Source: the human T2T-CHM13v2.0 reference genome, Homo sapiens
Assembly: GCF_009914755.1 (NCBI RefSeq)
Contig: NC_060928.1
Strand: one strand, 5' to 3'
Length of the DNA: 64,000 nucleotides
Position 1 is the first letter of the stretch; each line of letters opens with the position of its first letter. Position numbers and translations under genes: made by a program. Below, one piece after another: positions 13,461 through 29,469 of this stretch. The notes below the pieces were generated by a model. That model did no database searches. It had not been told where the DNA came from and was given only the letters and a program-made list of their open reading frames with translations.

Positions 13461-15733
13461 GTTTACACCTTACCATTGCTCTAAGTATTGAAATGATTAT
13501 TAATCCAAAAATACTTTCTACATATTATACTGTACAATTGTAATTGAAGTGCTAGTCTCTTTCTTAAAGCAATTCTATTTCTACATCTAAATATTTCAAG
13601 CATTTTCTGAGGACAAGATTTTGTGCTGCTATTTTAGATAATGACTAATCTCAATCATCAGGCATGCAGATCACAAAGACAGTTAACTTTAATGCTAAGT
13701 ATAACAAAACATATTAGTATATTTATGTATGTTTTGCAGTATTGTATACCACAGTTTATCTTTTATATAAATGATAAAAGTATATTTGAGGCTTTTAATA
13801 ATGAAACTTACTTGAAGATAATACTCTTTTCTTGTGCTACAATATATGGCATTTCAAATGCTTAATATGTATTTTTTTCAAGTAGCACATTTGTATTGAT
13901 TAAAATAATTCAGTTTCTAGGCTAATGTACCAGTTATAGAAGGGAGAACTTTAAATTGTAAAGTGTCAGTCATCTCATACCTTTTAGAAATGGCATGTTA
14001 AATAACATCTCTTAGTGCATTATGAGATAGCAGCTTCTAAAATGGACTGCACAAATCCCAGAAATGTAGAAATCGGATTAACATTACATGTAATGCTGAA
14101 TAATATTCCTATTAAACCTTGACATCTTTTGTTTATATTCATATCGTTTACTTTTTCTAACTCGTGGTTAGTCAGAGACCCCATACCTTTTTAGACAATG
14201 CCTTTAATAATTTTTATGGAGTAAATGCAATGTGAGCCCAATTGCTGTTTGAAACTCATGACTGTTCTTATTGGATTGTACTTACATTCACAGTGCCATG
14301 TTCCAAGACTAGCTGGCTATTACACTTCCTCATTTCTGCATTGTAATAATAAAGTAATTTAAATCCGTTTATTTATTTTGTATTCATAAGTACTCAAACC
14401 TGGAAGCAGAAAAACAAAAGACATTGGAAATGTAAAATTAATAAAAATCAAACATTTTGCAATCTTTGTTATTTATCCATAATCTTAGCATTGTGGCTAT
14501 TATAACTAAATTCTACCAGTAAAACTATCCCTATTTCTGAAAGTTGGTGCTAATTCAAAAACCACTTTCTAAGATTAGATTATATACACACATATTTGAA
14601 ACATAATAAAAATGTTTAAATAATGAGAAGATAAAAACAAGCATTAGAGCTATTGCATATTTAAGGCAATATAGAAAGTAAGTGAAACAGAAATAACAGA
14701 TGTATATCTAATATGATAAAGTCTGTGAAAACACAAAAGGACTTAAGCCCCTTTGGTTATCATATAAATACTGAAATCTGGGATAGGTTATGTAGGAAGA
14801 AAATAATTATTAAAATCTAAATAATAATTTTATATATAAAAGCCTATATCTTTATGACTGATAGACATTTATCTCTATGCAGAGAAGCAACTATTACTTT
14901 ACAAATGGTTGTGTTTCAAACTCCCATTTATAAGTCACCTGTTAGTATCTCTGTAATTTTCCATTGAAATTCTTGCTTGGCTTGTTACTTGCCAGTTCTT
15001 CTCTCCGCCAAAAAAAAAAAATAAATAAAAAACAAAAAAGCTTATTTAATAATTGAACAGAATTATTGTTCATTTTTAAAATAAAATTCAGAAAATCCAA
15101 CGTTTCAAATGTATATTACTTTAGCACTATTAATTAAATAGTATTTGTAATTCATCTTATCCAAAATGAGAAATCTTAATGCTATTCTCCTCCTTTCATT
15201 TTCTAAACCTAAGGAGACTTCAGAAAACTTCTCAGAGCACTCAGAAGACTTCAGAAATAAACAATAATAATCTATGGATAATCAACTTTGTTATCCTGTT
15301 GATGCTCTTATTAGATATTTAAATAAATCTTTAATACATGAATATCATAATATTGTATGACATTCATGTTTTTAAATTTTAAAAAATGTTTAACTCAAAA
15401 AAATTTGAGTTTTAGGTATATACTATCATATCTAAGTGGACCATCTTCCAGAGTCAATCAAATCACATTTCCTGAGAAACACATCCCATGAGCTGCTTAT
15501 GTCCTGGCATCCTTTTATTCTGTATATGCTATCATATTCATCTATTACTTAACAATGGTTAAAACTATAAACAATATAAGCCAACTGGTTTTTAAACTGA
15601 GGGATATTCATAATATTCAGAGACTACAAAACTGTTGTATAACAATGTTTAATACAATTCGTACATTTATGTTCTATTGCTACATTAACAAATTGCCTCA
15701 AGGTTGATACCTTAAACACTACAAATTGATATC

Positions 15734-17757
<2,024 letters not shown>

Positions 17758-18249
17758 CTATAGATAAAGAAGTCCAATATGGGTCTCACTGTATTAAAAT
17801 TAAGGTATTTCCAGGCCTGTATTTCTTTCTAGGGGAGAATCCATTTCATTGTCTCTCTCAGTTTTCTGAAGCTGCCCCTATTCCTAAACTTATGTTCCCT
17901 TGCTCCATTGTCGAAGTCAGCAATGTAGCATCTTTATGACCATTCTTTTATACTCAAATTTCCCTTGGATTGCAGCCAGGAAAAGTTTTATCCTTTTATG
18001 ATTTAGGTAATTAGACTGGGTCCAATAGGAAAATTCAGAATAAATACTCCATCTCAAGGTCCTTAATCCTAATCACATCTGCCATGTAAAGCAACATATT
18101 TACAGGTTACTGGATTGGGGAGTAGACATCTTTGAAAGGCCATTTTGCTTACCACAGTTAGATTTACTCACAGTATATTAATTGATGAAAAATATTCAGC
18201 TAAAAAAAGAGTACCAGTAAGATAAAAATGGCAAATAGAATACTTGTAA

Positions 18250-19020
18250 AAACTAAAGGAATTTATTCATTAAAAAATGAAAGGGACTACTATGTTTTAG
18301 GTTATGTTGTTATGAAGATGACAACAGTGAATAAATAGACTCTCCCCTTATGAAGCATAATTTAGTTGAGCAGAGTGAATGTGAAACATAAATTGTATAA
18401 ATGCAAACTGCGATTACAAGCAGTGAAAAGTGCTGTAAATAAATATACAGCTGCATAAGGGCATGGAGGGTGCTGTATCTCAGGAGGCCCCAGTTAAAAC
18501 AAGGTACTTAGAAAAGAGCTCTACAAAAATTGAAATCGAGAGAGAAAACCAAATAAAGTCATTAGATGAACCTTGAGAAGATCTTAATAAAAATATTCTG
18601 CAAGAGATATTAAGATGTTGCTAAGATTTTAAAAGAAAGAAAAAACAGCGTGTGTTTAAGGAAGTACAAAAATAGCAGTTTGTCTGAAGCAGGGTGAGCA
18701 CAGGGAAGAAGTCAATTTTGGACATGTTAAATTTGAGATGAGTATTATAAATGCAAATCAAAGTGTCAGAATTAGATATAACTGGTTTAGACTTTAAGAG
18801 AGAGTCAGGGCTAGAGTTGGAGACAGTCCCCAGCAAATGGTTGATAGTTCACACTCTGGTCTGGGACTTAGCGTGGAAGAGCCAAAACTGGATGCTCAGA
18901 TGGTGGGGCCAGTAAGATAAAAGAAGAAACAGGAGAGTGTCATGTCCACGAAATCACCTAAAGTAGTGGTTCAAGAAGGGGGTGATCAGTTATATTCACA
19001 TAGGTGATTAACCAAGAACT
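18250..19020 (-). mobile_element. LINE-2 fragments
   Basis: 'acaacagtgaataaatagac' and 'gtcaattttggacatgttaaatttgagatg' are reverse L2 motifs. Confidence 0.7.
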
Positions 19021-19589
19021 GTTTTTAAAACAGGAGATCCTAAAAATAGATATGAATACACCTTAAACATTTTAATTTAACTTAAATATTCATTTATGAG
19101 TCCATTGTTTGATGTGGTGGACAACGATTTTTTATTCCAGGGTGGATTCATTAATAGATGTAATGTATTAATGGAGAATATTTCATGATTTTTAAAAACA
19201 CCTATCCTGTCATTTTTGATTGTCTTGTTCACACTTAATAATATACATGTTCAAATAATTTTTACAAAACATTTCATTTATTACAGAAACACTCATTTCC
19301 TATTTAAAGTCATGTTTCAGAAGTTTATGTGATTTTTACTTAATTATAAACTACAATCATAAATATAGCTGGCACAGAATGTGTGGAAATAAATATAACA
19401 TAATACTTGGTGAAAACAAAATTGTCAGAATATTAGAATATTAAAGTGTAGAATGATAAAAACACATATTCAGCAATTTGTGATAGTTTGTTTTACATAA
19501 AGAATGGAGAGTATCAGTTTGTGAAATGAGTAGGGTAAGTGGAGGGTAAAAGAAATTCTAATCCATACCACATTTTTAATGTTAAATTA

Positions 19590-20335
19590 ATATGACAGAT
19601 ATTACAGAGTGCTTTACAAACATTATGCCTGATCATCACCTAAAACTTGTGAGGTCAATCAGGTTGTAAATAAGAAAACTGCTGAACAGACAGATTAAGT
19701 ATATTGCTAAAGTCAAACAGTTAGTGATATAGCCCAGGGGTTCCCAAACTCTGGGCCAGGGGCTGGTGCTGGTCCCTGGCCTGTTAGGAAATGGGCTGCA
19801 CAGCAAGAAGTGAGTGGCCGGTGGCAGGGGGTTGGGGTAGGGGGCGGTTAGGAGCTTTTTCTGTATTTACAGCAACTCACCATGGCTCATATTACCACCT
19901 GAGTTCTCCCACCTGTCACATCAGCAGCAGCATTCGGTTCTTATAGGAGCCGGAACCCTATTGTGAACTGCACATGCAAGGGATCTAGTTTGCGGTTTTC
20001 TTATGAGAATCTAATGCCTGAGGATCTGCCACTGTCTCCCATCGTCTCCAAATGAGACTGTCTAGTTGCAGGAAAACAAGCTCAGGGTTCCCACTGATTC
20101 TACATTATGGTGAGTTGTATAAGTATTTCATTATATATTATAATGTAATAATAATAGAAATAAAGTGCACAATAAATGTAATGTGCTTGAATCATCTGAA
20201 CACCATCCCCTACCCCAGTCCTAGGAAAAATTGTCTTCCACAAAACCAGTCCCTGGTGCCAAAAAGGTTGGGGAATGCTGATATAGCTGATACTTGAAAA
20301 CAGAATGGTAGAACCCAAAAGTCCATGTTTGGGTT
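19590..20335 (-). mobile_element. MIR interrupted by MER1A
   Basis: 'cttgtgaggt...aagaaaactgctgaacagacagattaagtatattgctaaagtcaaacagttagtga' resumes after the MER1A as 'gatacttgaaaacag'. Confidence 0.65.
19735..20280. mobile_element. MER1A (hAT-Charlie non-autonomous DNA transposon)
   Basis: Termini 'caggggttcccaaac' and 'ggttggggaatgctg'. Internal 'ggaaccctattgtgaactgcacatgcaagggatctag'. 8-bp TSD atatagcc (19727-19734) / atatagct (20281-20288). Confidence 0.93.
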
Positions 20336-20624
20336 TTTTGCTATTAAATTTCTTCCATAAAATATAAACTGTAAACTGTGCTTTTACTTGAAATATTCTT
20401 AAAGTTATTTATAATTTTAACATCATATTTCGAATCAAGTATAAACATTGTTTAACAAATATTATTTACTAAAAGTAAATAGATAGTTCAATGTTCCATA
20501 GACAATGAAGAAGGTTTTAGCATACATATTGAGATTTTTACCTAATCTATTTCTACTGAATTATTTTCAGAGAGATGAAAATTTATAATTTACATTTATA
20601 AGCATGTAATCCAATGATTTTTCC

Positions 20625-21545
20625 TCCTTTTAAGCAGACTATTGTTAAGAGTAGGTTTAAGTTGACAGCAAAATTGAGCAGAAAGTACAGAGAGTTCCCA
20701 AGTACGCTTTGCCTCAACATGAATACGGCTTCCCTCACTATCAGCATCTCACACTGGAGTGCAATACCTGTTACAATTCATAAACCTAAATGTACAAATC
20801 ATTATCACCCAGAGTCCATAGTTAGCATTAGGATTCATCCTTGAAGTTATACGTTGTGGATGGGTTTTGACAAATGTGTAATGACATGTGTTCCACCATG
20901 ATAGTATCATACAGAATAGTTTCAGTACCTTAAAAATTCTTTGTGCTTTACCTATTCATCCTTGTCTCCCCATTTACCCATGGCATAAACTGATCTTTTT
21001 AATATCTTCATAATTTTGCCTATTCTGGAATGTCATATAATTAGAATCATATAATGTGTAGACTTTTCAGATTGGCTTCTTTCACTCAATGATAAGTATG
21101 AAAATTTCCTTTACATCTATTCCTGGCTTGATAGATCACTTATTTTCAGCACTGAATAATGTTCCCTTTGTCTGCATTTACCACAGTCTGTCCATTCATT
21201 CACATACTAAAGATGTTGGCTGATTTCATGGCTTGGAAATTATGAATGAAACTGGCATAAATATTCTGGTGCAGGTTTTTGTATGGACATGGGTTTCAAC
21301 TCCTTTAGGTAAATATCAAGAAGGGTATTTGTTGGATCGTATAGTAAGAGTATGTTTACTTTGAATGAAACTGCCAAACTGTCTTCCAAAGTGACTGTTA
21401 TCATTTTACATTCCACCAGCAGTGAATGAGAGTCCTTGTTCTTTCATATTCTCCCCAGAATTTGGTGTTATCAGTGCTTTAGATCTGGCTCATTCTAATA
21501 AGTATATAATATATCTTATTATTGTTTTAATTTTAATTTCTCAAA
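20625..21545 (-). mobile_element. Old L1 3' end (L1MC/L1MD-like)
   Basis: 'gacagcaaaattgagcagaaagtacagagagttccc', 'cacccagagtccatagttagcattagg' and 'gaaactgccaaactgtcttccaaagtg'. Confidence 0.85.
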
Positions 21546-21799
21546 TGCAATACAATACGAAGGATACTAAAGTTAAAGGGAAAAAACAGCTTCAAAAAAG
21601 GGTGTATGTGAGGCTGTAAGAATAATATATTTTCAAAATAGAATTAAAATAAATCAATAATTAAGGTAAAATTAAAACTCATGAACATAGATACATTTTT
21701 TCTTATTTTTCTTTTAAAAGAAGAAACTCAAGCCATGTCACTTTATGCAACCATGTGAGGTATCTTTACATATTTTTGCCCCTATTTTTTCTATAGCAC

Positions 21800-22274
21800 T
21801 GTATTAGTTTCATAAGACTAAAACAACAAACTGCCACAAACCAAGTTGTTTAAGGTTGCTTAAAACAACATAGCTTTATCCTCTCATTTATTCAGAAGCA
21901 TAGACATCTAAAATCAAGATGTCAGCTGGATCATCTCTCTCTGAAGGCTCTAGGGACGAATTCTTCCTTGATCTTTAAAGCTTCTGGTGATTGCCAGCAT
22001 TATTTGGAGTTCCTTGATTTGCAGCTGTGTTAGTCCAATTTCTGCCTCTGTCTTTACGCAGCTGTTTTCCCTGTTTCTGTGTCCCGGTGTCTTAACATGT
22101 ATTTCTTATAAGGTCCCCAGTAATTGGATTTAGAGGTCAGTCTAATCCTATATGACCCCATCTCAACTTGATTACATTTGTAAAAATCCTATTTTCAAAT
22201 AAGGTCACATTCCCAGATAAGGGAGGATTAGGTCTCCTATATATGCCTTTGGAGGGCACAATTTAGCCCACACA
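21800..22274 (-). mobile_element. MLT1B/C-like solo LTR
   Basis: 'tgtattagttt...cttaaaacaaca...tttcaaataaggtcacattc...cccacaca'. Near-TSD agcac/ggcac. Confidence 0.88.
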
Positions 22275-22546
22275 GGCACTGTTCTCCATTAATAAAAACA
22301 AGCAAAAGTGAAAAGCCTGGAAAATCTTTTTGTCTTTAAAATGCAAGGATTTTTTTAAAGAAATCTTTAAATAATATCTCAAAGGAGAGGAAAGTCAACA
22401 ATTGCAAAATAAATATACCATTGACAAAGTAGTAATTATTTCAGTGAAAAAAGCATTGTTATCAATTAAAAGGAAAAAGCATTGCTATCAAAGAAAGAGC
22501 ATTGCTATCAGGTAAAATATTTAAAACTTGTTTTTAAGATTGCTGA

Positions 22547-22556
22547 CAAGATGGCT
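22547..22556 (+). promoter_or_regulatory. L1 5' YY1-type site (CAAGATGGC), CpG-decayed
   Basis: 'caagatggct' at the L1 5' end. The L1 YY1 site is CAAGATGGCC. Confidence 0.55.
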
Positions 22557-23845
22557 GAATAGGAACATAGGAACAGCTCCGGTCTGCAGTTCCCAGTGAG
22601 ATCGACGCAGAAGGAGGGTGATTTCTGCATTTCCAACTGATGTACCCAGTTCATGTCACTGGGACTGGTTGGACAGTGGATGCAGCCCACGGAGGGTGAT
22701 CCGAAGCAGGGTGGGGCATCACCTCACCTGGGAAGTGCAAGGGGACGTGGCATATTCTGCTGTACCCAAGGGAAGCTGTGAGGGAATGAGCCTGAGGAAC
22801 TCTGGCAGAGATACTGCACTTGTCCGGTGGCCTTCACAACCCACAAAAACCAGGAGATTCCCTCCTACGCCTACCACACCAGGGCCCTGGGATTCAAGCA
22901 CAAAAATGGGCGGCCATTTGGGCAGACACCCAACTAGCTGCATACCCCAGTGGCACCTAGAACACAAGTGAGACAGAACCATTCACTCCCCTCGAAAGGG
23001 GGCTGAAGCCAGGGAGCCAAGTGGTCTGGCTCAGTGGGTCCCACCCTCAAGGAGCCCAGCAAACTAAGATCCACTGGCTTGAAATTCTAGCTGTCCTCAC
23101 AGCAGCAGTCTGAGATCAACCTGTGACTCTCGAGCTTGGTGCGGGGAGGGGTGTCTGCCATTACTGAGGATTGAGTCAGTAGTTTTATGCTCACAGTGTG
23201 GAAAAAACCGCTGGGAAGTTCGAACTGGGCAGAGCCCACTGCAGCTCAGCAAGGCTGCGGTGGTCAGACTCCAGGATTTCTCTTCACTGGGCAGGGCATC
23301 TCTGAAAAAAAGGCAGCAGCCTCAGTCAGGGACTTATAGATAAAACCCCCATCTCTCTGGGACAGAGCACCTGGGGAAAGGCACTGCTGTGGGCGCAGCT
23401 TCAGCAGACTTAATCATTCCTGCCTGACAGCTCTGAAGACAGCAGCGGACCTCCCAGCACAGCGTTCGAGCTATGCTAAGGGTCAGACTGCCTCCTCAAG
23501 TGGGTCCCTGAATCCCATGTATCCTGACTGGAAGACACCTCCTGGTAGGGGTCAACAGACACCTCATACCAGAGAGCTCTGGCTGACATCTGGTAGATGC
23601 CCCTCTGGGACAAACTTTCCAGATGAAAGATCAGGCAGCAATCTTTGCTATTCTGCAGCCTCCGCTGGTGATACCCAGGCAAACAGGGTCAGGAGTGGAC
23701 CTCCAGCAAACTCCAGCAGACCAGCAGAAGAGGGGACTGACTGTCAGAAGGAAAACTAACAAACAGAAGGAAATAGCATTTCCACTCAAAGACCCCATCT
23801 GAAGGTCACCAACATCAAAGACCAAAGGTAGATAAATCCACAAAG

Positions 23846-24849
23846 ATGGGAAGAAAACAGTGCAAAAAGGCTGATAATTCCAAAACCCAGAACACCTCTT
23901 CTCTTCCAAAGGATCACAACTCCTCGCCAGTAAGAGAACAAAACTGGATGGAGAATGAGTTTGATGAATTGACAGAAGTAGGCTTCAGAAAATGGGTAAT
24001 AACAAACTCCTGTGAGCTAAAGGAGCATGTTCTAACCCAATGCAAGGAAGCTAAGAACCTTGAAAATAGGTTAGACGAATTGCTAACTAGAATAACCAGT
24101 GTAGAGAAGAACATAAGTGACCTGATGGAGCTGGAAAACACGCACCAGAACTTCGTGAAGCATTCACAAGTTTTAATAGCTGAATCGACAGTGATTGAAG
24201 GTCAACATAATGAAATAAAGCGAGAAGACAAGATTAGAGAAAAAAGAATAAAAAGGAACAAATAAAGCCTCCAGGAAATATGGGACTATGTGAAAAGACC
24301 AAATCTATGTTTGATTAGTATACCTGAAAGTGACAAAGAGAATTGAACCAAGTTGGAAAACACTCTTCAGAATATTATCCAGGAGAACTTTTCCAACCTA
24401 GCAAGACAGGCCAACATTCAAATTCAGGAAATACAGAAAAGACCACAAAGATACCCCTCGAGAAGAGCAACCCCAAGGCACATAATCGTCAGATTCACCA
24501 AGGTTAAAATGAAGGAAAAAATATTAAGGGCAGCCAGGGAGAAAGGTTGGGTTATCCAGAAAGGGAAGCCCATCAGACTACCAGTGGATCTCTCTGCACA
24601 AACTCTACAAGCCAGAAGAGAGTGGGAGCCAATATTCAACATTCTTAAAGAAATAATTTTTAACCCAGAATTTCATATCCAGCCAAGCTAAGCTTCATAA
24701 GTGAAGGAGAAATAAAATCCTTTACAGACAAGCAAATGCTGAGAGATTTTGTCACCACCAGGCCTGCCTTACAAGAGCTCCTGAAGGAAGCATTAAACAT
24801 GGAAAGGAACAACTGGTACCAGCCACTGCAAAAACATACCAAATTATAA
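23846..24849 (+). pseudogene. L1 ORF1p (coiled coil/RRM/CTD), disrupted
   Basis: Fragments MGRKQCKKADNSK... (23846-24265) and ...QEIQKRPQRYPSRRATPRHIIVRF...ARREW (24353-24691), separated by stops/frameshifts. Confidence 0.93.
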
Positions 24850-24912
24850 AGAATATGGACACTATAAAGAAACTGCATCAACTAATGGGCAAAACAACCA
24901 GCTAGCATCATA

Positions 24913-27900
24913 ATGACAAGATCAAATTCACACATAACAATATTAACCTTAAATGTAAATGGGCTAAATGCCCCAAATAAGAGACACAGACTGGCAAATT
25001 GGAAAAAGAGTCAATACCCATTAGTGTGCTGTATTCAGGAGACCCATCTCATATGCAAAGACACACATAGGCTCAAAATAAATGGATGGAGAAATATTTA
25101 CCAAGCAAATGGAAAGGAAAAAAAAAAACAGGAGTTACAATCCTAACCTCTGATGAAACAGACTTTAACCAACAAAGGTCAAAAGAGACAATGAAGGGCA
25201 TTACATAATGGTAAAGGGATTAATGCAGCAAGAAGATCTAACTATCCTAAATATATATGTACCTAATGCAGGAGCACACAGATCTATCTATAAAGCAAGT
25301 TCTTAGAGACCTCCAAAGAGACTTAGACTCCCATACAGTAATAGTGGGACACTTTAACACCCCACTGTCAATATTAGATCAACAAGACAGAAAATTAACA
25401 AGGATAATCAGGACTTGAACTCAGCTCTGGACCAAGCCGACCTAATAGACATCTACAGAACTCTCCACCCCAAATCAACAGAATATACATTCTTCTCAGG
25501 ACCTCATCACATTTACTCTAAAATTGACCACATAATTGTAAGTAAAACACTCCTCAGCAAATGCAAAAGAATGGAAATCATAACAGTCTCTCAGACCACA
25601 GTGCAATCAAATTAGAACTCAGGATTAAGAAACACTCAAACCCACATGACTACATGGAAACTGAACAACCTTCTCCTGAATGACTACTGGGTAAATAAAA
25701 AAATGAAGGCTGAGATAAAAATGTTCTATGCAACCAGTGAGAATGAAGACACAACATACCAGAATCTCTGGGACACATACAAAGCAGTGTGTAGAGGGAA
25801 ATTTATAGCACTAAATGCTCACAAGAGGAAGCGGGAAAGATCTAAAATTGACACCCTGACATCAAAATTAAAAGAACTAGAGAAGCAACAGCAAATAAAT
25901 TCAAAATCTAGCAGAAAACAAGAACTAAGATCAGAACAGAACTGGAGGAGATAGAGACAAGAAAGACCCTTCAAAAATTAATGAATCCAGGAGCTTGTTT
26001 CTGAAAAGATCAACAAAATAGACTGCTAGCCAGACTAATAAAGAAGAAAAGAGAGAATAATCAAATAGATGCAACAAAAAATGATATAGGAGATATCACC
26101 ATGGATCCCACAGAAATACAAATTACCATCAGAGAATACAACAAACACCTCCATGCAAATAAACTTGAAAATCTAGAAGAAATGGATAAAGTCCTGGACA
26201 CATATACCCTCCCAAGTCTAAACCAGGAAGAAGGCAAATACCTGAATAAACCAATAAGAAGTTCTGAAATTGAGGCAATAATTAATAGCCTACCAACAAA
26301 AAGAAGTCCAGGACCAGATGGACTCACAGCTGAATTCTACCAGAGGTACAAAGAGGAGCTGGTATCATTTCTTCTGAAGTTATTCCAAGTAATAGAAAAA
26401 GAGAGAATCCTCCCTAACTCATTTTATGAGGCCAGCATCATCCTGATTCCAAAACCTGTCAGAGACACAATAAAAAATGAAAATTTCAGGCCAATATCCC
26501 TGATGAACATCAACGTGAAAATCCTCAATAAAATACTGGCAAACAAAATCCAAACCAAAAACATCAAAAAGCTTATCCACCATGATCAAGTTGGCTTCAT
26601 CCCTGGGATGCAAGGTTGGCTCAATTTATGCAAATCAATAAGGGTAATCCATCACATAAAAAGAACCAATGAAAAAAAAAACACATGATTATCTCAATAG
26701 ATGCAGCAAAGGTTTTTGACAAAATTCAACACCCCTTCATGCTAAATACTGTCAATAAACTAGATATCGATGGAATGTATCTCAAAATAATAAGAGCTAT
26801 TTATGACAAACCCACAGCCAATATCATACTGAAAGGGCAAAAACTGGAAGCATTCACTTTGAAAACTGGCACAAGACAAGGATGTCCTCTCTCACCACTC
26901 CTATTCAACATAGTATTGGAATTTCTGGCCAGGGCAATCAGTCAAGAGAAAGAAATAAAGGATATTCAAATGGGAAAAGAGGAAGTCATTTTTCTCTGTT
27001 TGCAGATGACATGATTGTATATTTAGAAAACCCCATTGTCTCAGCCCAAAACCTCCTTAAGCTGATAAGCAACTTCAGCAAAGTCTCAGGATACAAAATC
27101 AATGTGTAAAAATCACAAGCATTCCTACAGAGCAATAACAGACAAACAGAGAGCCAAATCATGAGTGAACTCCCATTCACAATTGCTTCAAAGAGAATAA
27201 AATACTTAGGAATCCAACTTATAAGGGACATGAAGGACCTCTTCAAGGAGAACTACAAATCACTGCTCAAGGAAATAAGAGAGGACACAAAAAAATAGAA
27301 AAACATTCCATGCTCATGGATAGGAAGAATCAATATCGTGAAAATGGCCATAATGCTGTAAGTAATTGATAGATTGAATACTATCCCCATCAAGCTACCA
27401 TTGACTTTCTTCACGGAATTGGAAAAAAAACTACTTTAAACTTCCTATGGAAACAAAAAAGAGCCCACATAGCCAAGACAGTCCTGGGCAAGAAAAACAA
27501 ATCTGGAGGCATCACGCAACCTAACTTCAAACTATACTACAAGGCTATAGTAACTGAAACATCAGGGTACTGGTACCAAAATAGATATATAGACCAATGG
27601 AACAGAACAGAGGCCCCCGAAATAACAACACACATCTATAACCATCTGATCTTTGACAAACCTGACACAAATAAGCAATGGGGAAAAGATTCCCTATTTA
27701 TTAAATGGTGTTAGGAAAACTGGCTACCATATGCAGAAAACTGAAACTGGACCCTTTTTTACACCTTATATAAAAATTAACTCAAAATGGATTAAAGACT
27801 TAAATGTAAGACCTAGGACCATAAAAATCCTAGAAGAAAACCTTGGCAATACCATTCAGGACATAGGCATGGGCAAAAACTTCATGACTAAAACACAAAA

Positions 27901-28727
27901 AGCAATGGCAACAAAAGCCAAAATTGACAATGGAATCTAATTAAATGAAAGAGCTTCTGCACAGCAAAAGAAACGATCAGCAGAGTGAACAGACAACCTA
28001 CAGAATGGGGGAAAACTTTTGCAATCTATCCATCTGACAAAGGGCTAATATTCAGAATCTACAAAGAACTTAAACAAATTTACAAGAAAAAAACCAACGT
28101 CCGCATCAAAAAGTGGGCAAAGGATGTGAACAGCTACTTCTCAAAAGAAGACATTTATGCAGCCAACAGACATACGAAAAAATGTTCATCATCACTGGTC
28201 GTTAGAGAAATGCAAATCAAAACCACAATGAGATACCATCTCACACCAGTTAAAATGGCAATCATTAAAAAGTCAGGAAACAACAGATGCTGGAGAGGAT
28301 GTGGAGAAATAGGAATGATTTTACACTGTTGGTGGGAGTATAAATTAGCTCAACTATTGTGGAAGACAGTGTGGTGATTCCTCAAGGATCTAGAACTAGA
28401 AATTCCATTTGACCCCGCAATCCTATTACTGGGTATGTACTCAAAGAATCATAAATCATTCTACTATAAAGACACATGCACACATATGTTTATTATGGCA
28501 CTATTCACAATAGCAAAGAGTTGGAACCAACCCAAATGTCCATCAATAATAGACTGGATAAAGAAAATGTGACACATACACAACATGGACTACTATGCAG
28601 CCATAAAAGAGGATGAGTTCATGTCCTTTGCAGGAATATGGATGAAGCTGGAAAACATCATTCTCAGCAAACTATCACAAGAACAGAAAACCAAACAGCA
28701 CATGTTCTCACTCATAAGTGGGAGTTG
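24913..28727 (+). pseudogene. L1 ORF2p (endonuclease-reverse transcriptase), disrupted
   Basis: Fragments [57 protein letters not shown] and [16 protein letters not shown] lie in broken frames. Confidence 0.95.
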
Positions 28728-28966
28728 AATAATGAGAACACGTGGTCATCAGGAGGGGAACATCACACACCAGAGCCTGTCGGGGATTTAGTGGGTAGGA
28801 GAAGGTTAACATTAGGAGAAATACCTAATATAGATGATAGGTTGATGGGTGCAGCGAACCACCATGCCACATGTATACCTATGTAACAAAACTGCACCTT
28901 CTGCACATGTACCCCAGAACTTAAAGTATTAAAAAAAAAAAACTTGTTTTAAAAATTATGAGTCCT

Positions 28967-29294
<328 letters not shown>

Positions 29295-29469
29295 CTATAG
29301 AATAATATACGACATTCTGATATGTAAGGTACACTTCCAATAACGTATATTATTACATGCCCCATATTAGATGAGCCTTAAACTTAATTTTTAATCTCTC
29401 ACCAGGATATAAAATATGGAGATTGCCATATTTCATTAGGAAAATAAATATTGTAAAATAATAAAACCT

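Larger units (their letters stand above)
22538..28942 (+). mobile_element. Full-length LINE-1, L1PA7-like, inactive
   Basis: 5' UTR start 'caagatggctgaataggaac...agctccggtctgcag', ORF1, ORF2, 3' UTR and poly(A) all present. TSD 'aaaacttgtttt' at 22523-22534 and 28939-28950, preceded by a TT/AAAA endonuclease site. Confidence 0.97.

Noticed and set aside
22508-23909. Antisense and sense ORFs in the L1 5' UTR as ORF0 or novel peptides
   Set aside because: These are generic open frames of a GC-richer L1 5' UTR. I cannot verify ORF0 identity from sequence alone.
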